The notes under the pieces were generated by a model. It saw only the letters and a list, made by a program, of their open reading frames with translations. It searched no databases and was not told the DNA's origin. From assembly GCF_037042905.1 (NCBI RefSeq), contig NC_087251.1, positions 31,374,001-31,438,000 of the forward strand: a stretch of 64,000 nucleotides of DNA. The letters run 5' to 3'. Every line of letters starts with the position of its first letter. Position 1 is the stretch's first letter. This DNA comes from Lytechinus pictus. Its lineage: Eukaryota. Below are positions 26,558 through 40,040 of this stretch, piece by piece. The position numbers and the translations under genes were made by a program.

Positions 26558-29500
26558 CTGTTTCCATGGCAACTGTAATCTAGTCATCTTGCCCGATGCA
26601 CTCTTCTGGTAACCATGTATGATGCATAGACCGTTTGAAAGACAACCATGTGTTAGCTGGTCAAATCCTACTAAGTTCTGGAGCTACATTGCCATTCGAG
26701 ATGTTTTATAGGAATAGGTATCTTTTTTGGGGAACAAGAAAAGTGATGTTAGTTTCATTCTTGAAAGGAAACTCTTTAGTGTGATGTCTTCAAATATTTT
26801 AGAGTTAATGAAATATGGAAAAGACTTGCTTATATCATATCCAGATTTCTTGTTGATCTGTGATATACTGTATACAGATAAAAACGAATTGTAATTGAAG
26901 TTGATAATTCACTGCTTAATTATCTGTTATATGAATTTCATGATTATGACTATAATAGATTTGAGACTCGTAATTAATTAAAAGTAGTGATGTATATGTT
27001 TTAAAAATTATTACTAAATGACAGTAACCATCTTAATGGTTAGAAAAAATATGTGTGTGTAGTATTATCTATGTTAGGGTTAATGTTCATTTAATTGCAA
27101 AGAAAAGTTTGATATCAAGATGCAGTTTCCAATGCAATCCAGACATTTGATATAGCACCTTTAATATCTTAGAAAGAAAATTGACAAGTATAATAAATGA
27201 CCCATGGTTCCTTACATAATGCATACTATAACAGATACAATGAAGTGTAGGATAATATTGTGATGTTTACCATTGGACAGTAGCATGGTGTATTATGCGT
27301 ACATTGTCATACTGTATCATTAAATGGCAGTTGGCTTTTATCCTATCATCTAATAGTTGATTAGCTCTCAGTTTGTCTTGCGAGTTTTCTCCAGACTTTA
27401 AGCAATACAATTATTTAAAAGCATGTAATAATTCATTGCCTGATTGACTATGTGTATGTAACAAATTTAATGAATAGATATATTTATTAGCTTGGGCTCT
27501 TTATATTACCCAAAATTATTTTTAAAGTTAGGCTTTCACTTGTTTTAGCACAGATAGAATGGTACTATGGTGTTTTATTTTTCTTCCTTAGAAGTTAGTG
27601 TTTTTGAGATAAATTATATTTCATTTATTTGAGTTGAAAATTAATACACCAAGTTCAGCTTTTATGCACAATCAGCTTGTATAAATTAGGATGTTTTGTA
27701 CTGTTATATATATAGCTACTTCATGTACATTGAGCATAATATTTTAAAACAACACTGATCTCGTACTCCAAGGCAGTGTATCTATGCATGAAGAGGGCAT
27801 TGCTGGTCAAATGGTATCGTTTGTTTCCTTGCATTTATACTCCAGTTCAGAAAAACCAAACAATTAAAAGCTATTATTTTCAAGTTGAAATGAGAAGAAA
27901 AGGCCTTTATTGTAAAAAAAAAGATATTGTAAAACTGTTTGACTCATTGTCACTTCTGAAATGGGCAAGTCTAGCCCCAGAAAGCAATATCAACTGCATT
28001 CTACAGACATCATTAATATACAAGTCAAAGACTTTAGACTCAGAACAGTTCTACAAATAATGTGCTGTATGTGAATTACACTTACTTGTTATTTTGCAGT
28101 TTCAAACTGTTAATTATAAGGCTTGTGCATTAATTATCTACTTTTAAACATAGATAACATTACTATGTGTACAAATACTCAGGCATGTAAAGTTGGTTTC
28201 AGTTTCATTGTTGTGCACCACTTGAGAAAATGATTTAGTTTTTACAGACCCAATATGTATACATGTGCTCATGTGTTTTTTACATTATGTGCAAATCTCT
28301 CATAAGGTATGGCTTTGTAGAGTCACAGGTCAATGATACTGTAATGAATATAAATTATTGAATACTCAGTCTGATTAATGTTTAATGGAATGTACGCGAC
28401 ATTTAATTTCAATTATATTTTTTCTTCATATAATTTGAATTGTTAGGTATGGTTTAGGGCCCCCTTTCGTTGTGAATTATTATTATCAGGTTTGTTGTAT
28501 GGTACTTAAAATTGTATATAGAGTATTTACATGTGTTATGATTTATTTTTTAAAAGCTTGTTTTGTTTATTTCATTTTCAAAATGCTAAATGAAACAATT
28601 GTTTTGTAGTTAGTTGATTGGCTTATATGTCATGCGTAGGTTACTGAGATTTTCCTTTGCAATTGCATTCATTCTGCTCTTTGAAGAGAGAATTCACTTT
28701 ACAAAAAAAAAAATATCACCTGCAAAGATTATTCTTGGTAATATGAAATGTGTCCTTATGATCGAGACTGAGAAATATATATATATGTGTGTAATATAAT
28801 TGAATGGATATTCTATTTTCTATCTTGTTCATTCAGTAATTATTTACAACCTTGCCAAATACCTCGATACAGGGAGCAAGTGTTTTCTATAGCTTCATTA
28901 TATTCAATGATGGGTCTGAAAATAGCTTCTGCTCTTAATCTCTTTCCATTGCTACATGTATCTCAATCACACAGGTGATGATACAATCACATTACTGCTG
29001 AAATAAATTAACACCAAACTTCTGATTAGATAATGGGCTTCCTGGCTTGACTCGAATAACACCTTGTTTCTTTTCAAATGATCATCTGAAAAAGAATTTT
29101 GCTTTTCCACTCTGACATGTTCCAGGATTATATCCAGCTTATCTTGTCTTTGAAATATTAACAGATTCAAACAAGCTTATTTGTGAAGGCTGGCTGTCAT
29201 TGGCTGAAGCATAAAATGCATTTCTTTTTGTATTCACTTGCTCTTCTGAATGTGTCTGTGAAAAGACATGGAGGAATAGTTGTGCACATTCTGATCTGTA
29301 ACTAAAGCTATGTTAAAGGGATGTTCTTATTTTGTTTTATTTTACATCGATTGCAGTTACTCTTTAATTCACAATTCCTAAAAAAAAAGAAAACAGAAAG
29401 AAAAAAAATCTTGTTAATAAGTGTAAGTGTAACTGTATCCTGTTAACCCATCAACAAGTACTTGCCCATGCTGATTTGCATATGCAGACTGATGATCACA

Positions 29501-31042
29501 AAAAATTTGCTTTTTTGTGTATTAACCAATCGATAAATACTCTTTCAAACCATCAGAATGAAACCATCATCTGGGTTTGAATAGCTATTTTCAGAAATAT
29601 TTGAGGTTCTTAGTCTTGGTTTGTATATTTCTTTCCTCATTTGTGCATTTTTAAATAGTGGTGTTTTTTTTTTTTTTTTTTTTTTTTTTTTAGTGTGGAC
29701 AGATGAATAAAACAGCAAACTTGTATGCAATTTGCTGACCAGTTGCTAATCGTTAATGGCAGGAGCAATATAGTAGGGATTCTCAGCTAGAAGATAATCT
29801 CAGAATGTGTGTGTGTGTTACCAAGATACATCCTTATGTCTTTTGAAGTTAACGTCATGATAACGATGAAAATTTGTATTTCATTTAAGTTGAAGTGCTG
29901 TGTTGGTTAGTGTATTTTTATAAGAAAATTTATCTCTTTTTTTTTCAAAATGGTTCCATTTTTTTCCTTCAGATTAGCATGGTTCATTTGTGCAAGGAAT
30001 GATAGACATTGTAAAAGTCGTTTGAATCTTTTGTAGAAATGAGTGAAGATATTGTATATATTTATGTATAGTAAACAACATCTGTGTACATGTATAACTT
30101 ACAGAAATAAAAAGTATGCATGTGAGAGATGTACGGGAACTACAAAATTGATGTCTACATTCAATTTCGAAAGTAAAACAACAAAATTCTGTACTTGTCA
30201 AGTAGGTATGTATGCAACAAAACACTGGAACTATGTGAATGCTTATTTATATTCCAAATTTTCAGAGGTGTATGTACAAAATTATGGCTCTATCTATATA
30301 AGGTGATAAATTAATGTGAAACGGAGAAAGAGATAAAATGGATAATTATCGTTCAAACTGTGGATTCCTTCCCTAATGTATAAAGCAATGGTATTGATAT
30401 GTAGACTTTCTGGGAATAGCACTGTAAAACAAATGAAACCTAAAATTCAAAGGAAAAATAAATCTTGACATATTATTATACCAGTCAATTCTGCATATTC
30501 TAGTATGTCTGTTTCTGCGAATGATACTGTATCTGTAATGGCAAATGAATTTAATAAATACACTACTTATGTTGATGAAATGCATACAGATTTGTTGTAT
30601 TTATGCATATTAAATGCAGTGTCTTTTGTGTGTGACTGAGATACAATGTATGCAGTCAGACGGCAGGTCCCAAGAAAGTGGCTTCTTTCATCCAAGTGAT
30701 ATTCATGACTAGAGATGTTTTGCATATTTAATGAGCTTGATGCGGACCAAAACACCTCTTTTCATTCGGTCATTGCTGCTCTAATTGTGCATCGAATTTC
30801 ATGATTATGGTATCATTGTAAAGAAGAAGAATCATTCTTTCTGGTCATGTGTATGAAATTATTCAAAGATTTTGTAAATATAGGTTAAAATTTTGATGTA
30901 AAATATGCTACAAAATAATTATTTTCACCTGACAAAAGCTGCTATTTTCACACTTTATTTTAGTTTGAGCCCAAATGATTTTTAGATCATGATAAAGCTG
31001 AATATGTATGCTTTAAAATGGTATAGGTTTCAAAAGAATTGG

Positions 31043-31335
31043 TTTAATCGGGTCAAGATCACACTTTTCATTGGCCAAGTACATAATGCAGCTTGAAAAC
31101 AAGAATACTGCACTCTGATTGGTCAAAGAAACCACACACTGGCAAATTCCAACAGTTCCAGTGCCTGGGTTCATGGGAAGGTCACTCTTCCCATGTGGTA
31201 ATCTCCTCAAATCACCCGCGCCTGTTCTGTGAACCTTATCCGGCCAATCAGAACTCTGGATTTCATGCAAGTACAAAATTTCAGAAATCTCGTCTTGTAC
31301 CTTGGTGGGAAAAGTGTGATCTTGACCCGATTAAA
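31043..31335. mobile_element. MITE with 27-bp perfect inverted repeats
   Basis: TTTAATCGGGTCAAGATCACACTTTTC / GAAAAGTGTGATCTTGACCCGATTAAA; inner TCTGATTGG / CCAATCAGA pair. Confidence 0.8.
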
Positions 31336-32863
31336 AGGTGCCGCATATCAAGAGTGGCATTGTGAGAAAGTACAGAAGTTCAGCTTAATGGTGATATATA
31401 TATCATTGAGGCTCAAAATAAAAAGTTTTGCACAATTTGCAAAAGAAAACAGAGGAAGAAAATTCAGTTTTGTGGCACATTTTCAGGCCAAAAATTTACT
31501 TATTTATCAAAATATTGTATACAAAATAAATGACCAATATGAAAGAATAACATTTACTCTATCTGATGGTGCAATAATATTTCATTTAACTTGAGGTTAA
31601 AACAAGTAAATTCTTAGAGAAAGAAAATCTCACGAATCACGAGATTTTACAAGGAGGATTCAGCCACGAGATGATTTGGATGAATCTGGCCTTTTTGCTC
31701 ATTAGCATAGGGACCTGCGGTCTGACTGTATGGTCATGTTTCATAATACAAATATTCTGTTGGAAAGAATGCCCACCCACTCCCTTTCTATTACTGTGTT
31801 TTATTGAATTGGATAAAAAATTGCATTAACCATGCACAAGTTTGAAGCTCAAGTCTAGTTTTTTAAGAGCCTTAAAAAATGAGTTGTTTGTTTATAAAAA
31901 CTAGTCACGTACAATGAAAAGGAAAGACTAGGATGTTATGACGTTTTTTTTGCATGGCTAGATTAATAATAAATGTCATAATGGAGTTGATAATAAACTT
32001 CCTTTGCCAATAAAATCAGGTCATATAATGCAATGCAAAATGATTCACCTTCATCCCCAGAGCTGCAAAACACTGGGTGATAACTGAATGCCCAATGTAG
32101 GTCGAAATTGGCTGTTACGGTCTACATGTTTCACAAAACTTTCAGAAATTCATTTAAAAAATATTAGTGAAGTTCCAGGTCAGACACATCAGATTATAGG
32201 GGAGACCTGGGTTAGTTGGAACGCGGGGTAAGTTGAAACACTGTAATTTTCTTTAACGTCTTTAAATAAATTTCTGCAATACTGCCCTCAATTTATTGCC
32301 ATTATCAACAGTCGTCCACCAAATTACAGACAACACATGTGCAACAAGCCTGATGAAGTTAGAAAGGAATTTTTGTTTTTTTACCTTCTGAGTAATTTTT
32401 TTCTCTTTCAGATATGTTTTATTATCTCAGAGAAGTTTATATATCAAGTTGGCCAGTTTGGGGGTATAACAGACACTTGTACCAAGCTACAAAATGAGGT
32501 TATATATATGCCATGGTGAAGTCCCTTTTTTGTGCTGTAAGCTTATAAATGTCAAATGGGCCTCCGGGGTTAGGTGGAACAAAATTGAAGGGGCTAGTTG
32601 GAACATGTTACAACTTACCCCGAACATAATTATGAATAAAAACATTGGATTTGAGAAAAAATGTATAAAGTATTTCACACTTTTCTGAACATGTTTTGTA
32701 TACCATGCTTGTTTTGTTTCTCAGTTAGGTCTGAGTTTCATTTAAGGCCTATTGTAGGCCCCTAATGAAATATTAACCCTTATCAAAGTGGGGGGGGGGG
32801 GGTCAATTTGAGCGAATAAAATCTATTTGGATTTTACAGCCATTATTTTCAAAAATGTTCCAA

Positions 32864-33402
32864 CCCGGGGGGGGGGGGGCACTCAGTATATAATGCATAG
32901 TGGGTATGTGCCGCGGAGGGGACCCCCATTTTTACACTCAAATTTCCGTTCCAAGGCATAGCATTTTTGTCCTATTGAGAAAAAGAACAAAGAAAGCCGC
33001 TCCAAAGCATAGCATTTTCTTCTTATCGAGAAAAAAAGAAGAAAGAAATCCGCTCCAAAGCTTCGCATATTTTTCGTTACGCCGTTCCGGTCGCATTGAT
33101 CTGCTACAAGAAGCTGCAATTTTGGTAAAAAGCGGCCGCAGAGCGCTGTCCGACCATCGCCTCTGCGCGAGCGCACCCGGCGGAGGCCGCGCTAGCTGCA
33201 TCATGCACGCATGCCCGTTCCATAGGGATGCATACGCACTCATCACACGCTGACGATCCGTTCCAAAGACCCCCGTTTTCACAAACATTTGTAGTTCCGA
33301 GGACCCTCCTTTTTACAATTAGCCCGCTCCAAGGTTCCCTTTTTTGTCTCGCCTGCGGCACACCCCTACCACTTTTTTGGTTGAGTGCCCCCCCCCCCCG
33401 GG
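32864..33402. mobile_element. CCCGGG-ended MITE (second copy at ~40573-41112)
   Basis: CCCGGGGG..GCACTCA / TGAGTGCCCC..CCCGGG termini; GTTCCAA repeated on both flanks. Confidence 0.75.
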
Positions 33403-33558
33403 GGTTCCAACTAACCCCGGTCTCCCCTACACTTGTCTCATATTCATATGCAGAAATACACTAAATAATTATGAAACATTGTGAGGAAAATCGCAGATGA
33501 CTTCACGCACATATTTCACACAACATCAATTTGATTTTGCGGTGATACTTCCTACTAA

Positions 33559-33740
33559 CAGGGGTGTGAGAGTTCAGATTTTTATCTGATTTCAGATTTT
33601 TTGTTTTGATTTTCAGCTTAATTTCAGCTTATTTTTGGCCTTCCTCTGTACAAAAAGTATGGGAGCTCTTTCTATTTCAGACTTTTCAACACTCTTCAGC
33701 TTTTTTCAGATCTTTTTATTTGTGACCACTCACACCCCTG
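33559..33740. mobile_element. Small MITE (second copy at ~41269-41450)
   Basis: CAGGGGTGTGAG / CTCACACCCCTG TIRs; TACTAA on both flanks. Confidence 0.7.
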
Positions 33741-33864
33741 TACTAAAGAAAATTTAATACATAGACTAGGGGGTATAGCGCACATTCCATCTCAGATGCT
33801 CAAGACACATCCGAGCATTGGAGAGAGAGAATGAAAAAAAACCCTATATATCCCAGGTAACAAG

Positions 33865-35460
33865 CCAACGTTGGCTCCACGTTGGAAACTTGAAAGTCGT
33901 TGGACGTTGGGAAAACTTGATGGATTAACGTTGAATCGACGTTGGAAACTAGTTTGATGGAAAGATGATGGACAATCAACAATGACACGACGTTGGCAAC
34001 GTTGGAAACTTGTTAGTCGGAGAGTTGTTGGACAGTCGACAATGTCACAACGTTGGAAACACGTTTGATTGGATAGTTGTTGAACAGCCAGCAAAGGCAC
34101 AACGTTGGCAACGTTGGAAACTAGTTCGCTGGAAAGTTGTTGAACAACCGACAATGGCACAACGTTGACAAAGTTGGAAACTAGTTTGTTGGAGATTTGT
34201 TGGACGGTCGACAATGGCACAACGTTGGAGACTAGTAAGTTGGAGAGTTGTTGGACAGTCGACAATGTCACAACGTTGGAGACACGTTTGATTGGATAGT
34301 TGTTGACAGCCAGCAAAGACACAACGTTGGCAACGTTGGAAACTAGTTCGCTGGAAAGTTGTTGAACAACCGACAATGGCACAACGTTGACAAAGTTGGA
34401 AACTAGTTTGTTGGAGATTTGTTGGACGGTCGACAATGGCACAACGTTGGAGACTAGTAAGTTGGAGAGTTGTTGGACAGTCGACAATGTCACAACGTTG
34501 GAGACACGTTTGATTGGATAGTTGTTGACAGCCAGCAAAGACACAACGTTGGCAACGTTGGAAACTAGTTCGCTGGAAAGTTGTTGAACAATCAACAATG
34601 ACACGACGTTGGCAACGTTGGAAACTTGTTAGTTGGAGAGTTGTTGGACAGTCGACAATGGCACAACGATGGAAATTAGTAGGTTGGAGATTAGTTGGAT
34701 AGTCAACGATGACACAAGGTTGGCAACGTTGGAAACTAGTTCGATGGAAAGTTGTTGAACAACCAACTATGGCACAACGTTGTCAAAGCTAGAAACTAGT
34801 TCGATGGAGATTTGTTGGATAGTCGACGATGGCACAACGTTGGAAACTGGTAGATTGGAGATTAGTTAGATAGTATACAATGACACAACGTTGATAAAGC
34901 TGGAAACTAGTTAGATGGAAAGTTGTTGAACAACTGACACTGGCACAACGTTGGAAACTGGTAGATTGGAGATCAGTAGGATAGTCGACGATGACACAAC
35001 GTTGGCAACGTTGGAAAGTTGTTGAACAACAGACAATGGCACAACATTGGAAACTAGTGTGTTGGAGATTTGTTGGACAGCCAACAACGTCACAACGTTG
35101 GAAACGCGTGTTTGATTGGATAGGTGTTGAACAGCCAACAAAGGCACAGCGTTGACTACGTCGGAAACTAGTTCGATGGAGAGTTGCTGAACAACCGACA
35201 AAGGAACAACGTTGGAAACTATTTTCTTGGAGATTTGTTGGACAGTCGACAATGGCACAACGTTGACAAAGTTGGAAACTAGTTTGATGGAGAGTTGTTG
35301 AACAACGGACAATGGCACAACGTGGACAGCGTAATTGGAATAGTTTATTGGACAGTTAACATTGACACAATGTTGGAAACTATAGTTTGTTGGATATTTG
35401 TTTGACAGTCAACATAATATCCTGGCATAATATATATACACAGTGTTGAGAACGTTAGAA
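33865..35460. repeat. Minisatellite of 51/60-bp units with a 222-bp higher-order repeat
   Basis: CTAGTTCGCTGGAAAG recurs at 34121, 34343 and 34565 (period 222); units are built on the palindrome CAACGTTG. Confidence 0.92.
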
Positions 35461-36517
35461 ACTGGTTCATTGGAGAATTGATAATTGATAAAGTTGGCGG
35501 AGTACAGCAAGTCTGCATATGCCGACTTAACCCAAGACAAGACAAGACTACTGGCATAATTTCCAATGGGGCCAAGGGGGGGGGGGGGTCGATCAAGTAA
35601 GTTTGCTTGTCTATCCATGTCACCCTTGGTATCCCCCAGCAATAAGGGGAAAAGAAATCGAGAGAGAAGGAAAATAATGGGAAGGGAAAGAGGAACTAAA
35701 ACTAAGTCTAAGGGGAAAACAAAAATAAAGATGGGGTAGAATAGAGAGGCTGCATGCACCTGGGGATGCAAATGTGTCGATTAATATAGAAAATAAAGAA
35801 GAAAAACAAGAAAAAAAATGTAGTTCAAGACCAGAATTTCCAGAAACGCCCTCGTCGATCCTTTGCAGCTGGCAAGGCCTTTCACAGTAAGTACGAGATA
35901 TGTCATAGGCCTACCGTCACATAACTAGAAGAAATTGAAGAAGGAAATACAAGCATCAAATGTGCCTATTTAAAAATACCATACTATTCTGATGCGCAGA
36001 ATTAGTCGCGACGTCGGACTCCTTCTGTCATGTCTGTGTAGTCTGCTTCCTTCAATTTTGAACTTGAAGAATCTGGCAGAATTTGGACTGGATAGTGGAT
36101 ATAGATAAGTAAATTCCAGAATATCTAGTGATCTGGAACAGTACTTATAAGCTGTATATTTAGGACCTACAATCTACAGTTGAATTTTCTTTGCACTTGC
36201 AGATAATCGGTAACTGCAACCATTGATCCCCTCCGAAAGATCCCCCGGAGTCAGCTTCTGTGTGTGTACAGTCCGACGCTAGTATATTCGTGTACTGTAA
36301 GTAGTAGTAAAGTAGTACTTAACACCAGTCACTGCACAGTATAACATACTAACTAACCTCGTAATTAGCTTGTGTGAGTGACTAATACTAACCTCGCAAT
36401 ACGTGTGAGTGGGAACGAGTATGCGATACCAAGGCAATGGCAAGGCAACAGTCATTGGATGATTTTCAAAATTCAAGTACGTACAGTGTTGAAATCTGGT
36501 GTTGGTGTAAGTAACCC

Positions 36518-36553
36518 AGTATACTAATACTAACCTGGCAATACGTGTGAGTG
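36518..36553. mobile_element. 36-bp micro-insertion with TSD (copy 2); degenerate tandem copies at ~36338-36411
   Basis: AGTATACTAATACTAACCTGGCAATACGTGTGAGT(G) flanked by GTAACCC(A) on both sides. Confidence 0.7.
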
Positions 36554-36555
36554 TA

Positions 36556-37024
36556 ACCCAGGGAGCTCCGGCCCGCTGCGCGGGCCGGAGCCCAGGGGCT
36601 TACCGTGTAATTCACCATACCCACGGTAGTAGCGTGAAGTATGGTCTAAATATTAAATAATTATCCGAATAAATAGTTAAAACAGAAATTAAGCACTTAC
36701 CACGATTATATGGATGAAGGTCTAACGAGTGGCAGCTTCCTGACATCGAGGCACAGACTGGAACCTAAAAAAACGAAAAGTTCTGTCGCGGTAGCTCTCC
36801 TTTTTCAGAATTCAAAACAAAATGGCCGATTGAGACCTCGATGTCAGGAAGCTGCCAATCGTTAGACCTTCATCCATATAATCGTGGTAAGTGCTTAATT
36901 TCTGTTTTAACTATTTATCCGGATAATTATTTAGACCATACTTCACGCTACTACCGTGGGTATGGTGAATTACACGGTAAGCCCCTGGGCTCCGGCCCGC
37001 TGAGCGGGCCGGAGCTCCCTGGGT
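36556..37024. mobile_element. Foldback element with ~190-bp inverted arms and subterminal GC hairpins
   Basis: TA|ACCCAGGGAGCTCCGGCCCGC...GCGGGCCGGAGCTCCCTGGGT|TA; the arms are near-perfect inverted copies. Confidence 0.88.
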
Positions 37025-39423
37025 TAGTGTTGGTGTTGTGACAACACCGTACTTGAATCAGGCTGGTGTTAAGATTGACCTCGGAAAATATGGTGTATTT
37101 CCGGCAGTTTGTGTTGAAGGCTGGTGTTGATTGTCATCTGCTGAACCCAACACTGCACTGTGGCTGCATGGTGTTGATGATCTACAAGCAATTTCCCCAT
37201 TCAGCAACACCGACGTACCCCAGGGATTGGGAGAATCGTGATTTAAAGTTCAGTGTTGGTGTTGATGAACTGTAGCTATTACGAACAGGGGGCGAACACG
37301 ACGAACCATCTCCGTAAAATTATCTTTTACATTTAAGATGAGAGCAAATCATTAGAGTTTTAATACATTTCAATGAAAAATAATATTACGCTTGGTGTTG
37401 GAGCTCAGTTCAGCAGCCCTTTCACGCACTCAACACCGTACACCGTACTTGAAATCACCCAAATGACTTGCTACCTGGCATTCCTGCCTTATTTATTATA
37501 CGCTGCCTTGAATTGACTTGGTCGGTCCTGCCTGGCCTAGCCTGGACCGAGTGTTTTCCAACTGCAGTCAAACCTGTAGTTGCTATGTGAGGCATGCTAC
37601 ACTTGACGCTGAAATATCATTTAATAGTTATGGCACGAGCGAGACTAGGCCATGGCCATGCATATTGAGATATCAGTTGACTTCTATCTTAATCAAAAAG
37701 AGGCACTCTTTAGTTACAGTAGGCAGTAGCTACGTTACTCTGAGTGAGGCCAAGTTACGCGACCTCCTTTTTTGATTTTGTAAATACTGAGAGACTGCAA
37801 TTACACATGTGAGTTTTTGTGATGATTACTGACGTTGCAATTGGCATTGCATACCGAGTCATTAAACAATTGTAGACAGAAACAGAGATTGCAACTCGCA
37901 AGAAAATGTAATACATCTTAATTTTTATTACATATGCATATGTTTTTTTGGTATTAGTCTTGTTTGAGAAAAAGAGGATGTCAAAAAAGTTTGAATGCTA
38001 CAAAGGCCTCAATAAATATCACACGTAATTATCTTGATTTCTCTTAATTATGTGAAGAGACTTGTAACAGAAAGAATGAAAAGAAATGAATAGCTGTAAT
38101 AATAGTTGTAATGTTTTTTGATAGAATCATGAACAGATTACAGATGATGATGGCACAGTGTTGAAAACTGTTTGATGGAGATGGCGCATCGTTGGATTTG
38201 TTTAGAATTAGACCAACAAAGAATCAACGTTACAACAACATTTAACCGATATTAGACAAACATTGAATCAACGTTTACGCCAACGTTGGACTAACATTGG
38301 ACTAAAGTTGAATCAACTTTCCATCAACATTGGACCAACATTATACCAACGTTGGATCAACGTCACCCAACGTTGGACCAACATTGGACCAACGCTGCCA
38401 TACCTGCCTCATCTGGACAATGATTATGCACTCATGAATATTCATTACATCAGTAAATGACCAAAATTTTAGGTAATATTGCTATAATAATTAGAGTATT
38501 TATGTTTATTCAATATTTCCACCATGAAAAGTTTCAGAAAAGTATGTGGCTCCATTACCATATCATATATAATCAAAACATATTATTCTAAGTGAAATAT
38601 TCAAGGTTAAGTGTGGAAAATGATATTAACTGTATTCTGCCAAGTATAGCAAAGTTGCTCTATATATAGGAGTCAATGACAGGTTACAGTGGATAGGTGT
38701 AGGATGATAGGAATAGGATATAGGATTAGGATGTAGGATTCTAGGATAGGATAAGACATATGATGATAAAGATTTGAGTGTAGAGTTGTAATGGTGGACT
38801 TCACCTTGAAACCAATTAATGTTTTGTTGATTACTGCCATACGTTGGAATAACGTTGGAGCAATGTTGGAGCAACGTTGTGACAACGTTGTAACAATGTT
38901 GGAGCAATGTTGCCAGACAACGTTGGAGCATTGTTGCTGGACAGCGTTGAACCAACGTTGTAAACATAGTTGGACTGACGATGTATGCAAGTGCACGTCC
39001 ATCGCTGCTTCAACGTTGCCCATCAACGTTGCAGCAACGCTGTTATTGATGACTCAGCCGACATTATACCAACGTTGGAGCATTGATGGTGGACAACGTT
39101 GAACTGACGTTGGAAATGTTGTTGGTCTGACGATGTATGGACGTGCACTTCTATCGATGATACAACGTTGCTTACCAACGTTGTAGCAATGTTGTATTTG
39201 TCTATTTAGCCAACATTGGATCAACGTTGCCAGACAACGTTGAAACATTGTTGCTGGACAACGTTGAACTAACGTTGGAAATGTTGTTGGTCTGACGATG
39301 TATGCGCGTGCACTTCTATCGATGATGCAACGTTGGCCTGCCAACGTTGAGGCAACGTTGGGAAAAAAATTCCCAACGTTGATCCAACGTTGGTCCAACG
39401 CTGTATTGTTACCTGGGATACTA

Positions 39424-40040
39424 CACTGCTTGCTGACTTTTTACTTTCAAGTCTTGCGCATTATTTGAAACTAAATTTGCGATGCCTGGGTGCGAGGTCG
39501 GTTTCGAAATTACACAACATTCTGTACGTGCATGTCGGACCCGAAATTGCTCAAAACCGTGATTCCATGTACAAGGTCAATGCGAATTGTGTTTTTCAAC
39601 CAAAAATCCTAAATGTATGATTATTTTTTATTTTTGTTGGTTCAAATGGATTTATTTTATGCTATTTTAATCACAAAAGAGTCCCGTCAAAGTTCATCGA
39701 AAAAAACAATAAAAAACAAAGGTTAAAAAAAACAATAAAATACATTTTTATAAAAAATTATACATTTTTTGCAATTTTTGGTGGATATTTGTTATAAATG
39801 TGAAAATTGATACTCTCACCAAAAATTAGCATTCTACTAGCTTAATAAATAGAGTTAAAGACAAAAAAGAAAATCATATGCTTATTTGCATAATTAACAA
39901 AATATAAACAATTAATTTTTGTCTTGTAAATTTGATGCAGAATTTACATGAAATTGCTCATAGTACACTTAATTGCATGTAAAGTCAAACGCACACAAAT
40001 AAGCGGAATTCTACTACACAGTCGGCTTGCGTTAGTGGCT
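39424..40040 (+). mobile_element. Internal part of a piggyBac-like MITE whose left end appears at 32777-32810
   Basis: Aligns with 42597-43140 (GCTGACTTTT..TTTCAAGTCTTGCGCA etc.); TTAA|CCCT..GGGG start at 32773-32810. Confidence 0.6.

Larger units (their letters stand above)
32813..33851 (+). repeat. ~1.04-kb direct duplication, copy 1
   Basis: Nearly identical to 40522-41565, with a handful of substitutions and homopolymer differences. Confidence 0.95.
33852..39417. mobile_element. 5.6-kb non-autonomous DNA transposon with large CAACGTTG subterminal arrays (CMC/EnSpm-like)
   Basis: TIRs CCCAGGTAACAA / TTGTTACCTGGG; 2-bp AT flanks; arrays at ~33865-35460 and ~38190-39400; no recognisable transposase. 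Confidence 0.75.

Noticed and set aside
32883..33464. Overlapping GC-rich ORFs (also at 40593-41194)
   Set aside because: Inside a non-coding MITE; the frames differ between the two copies; no known motifs
33792..35318. ORFs of 270 aa and 135 aa with repetitive VSNVV/VQQLS content
   Set aside because: Translation of a minisatellite whose units are multiples of 3; no domain or splice context; lies in transposon subterminal arrays
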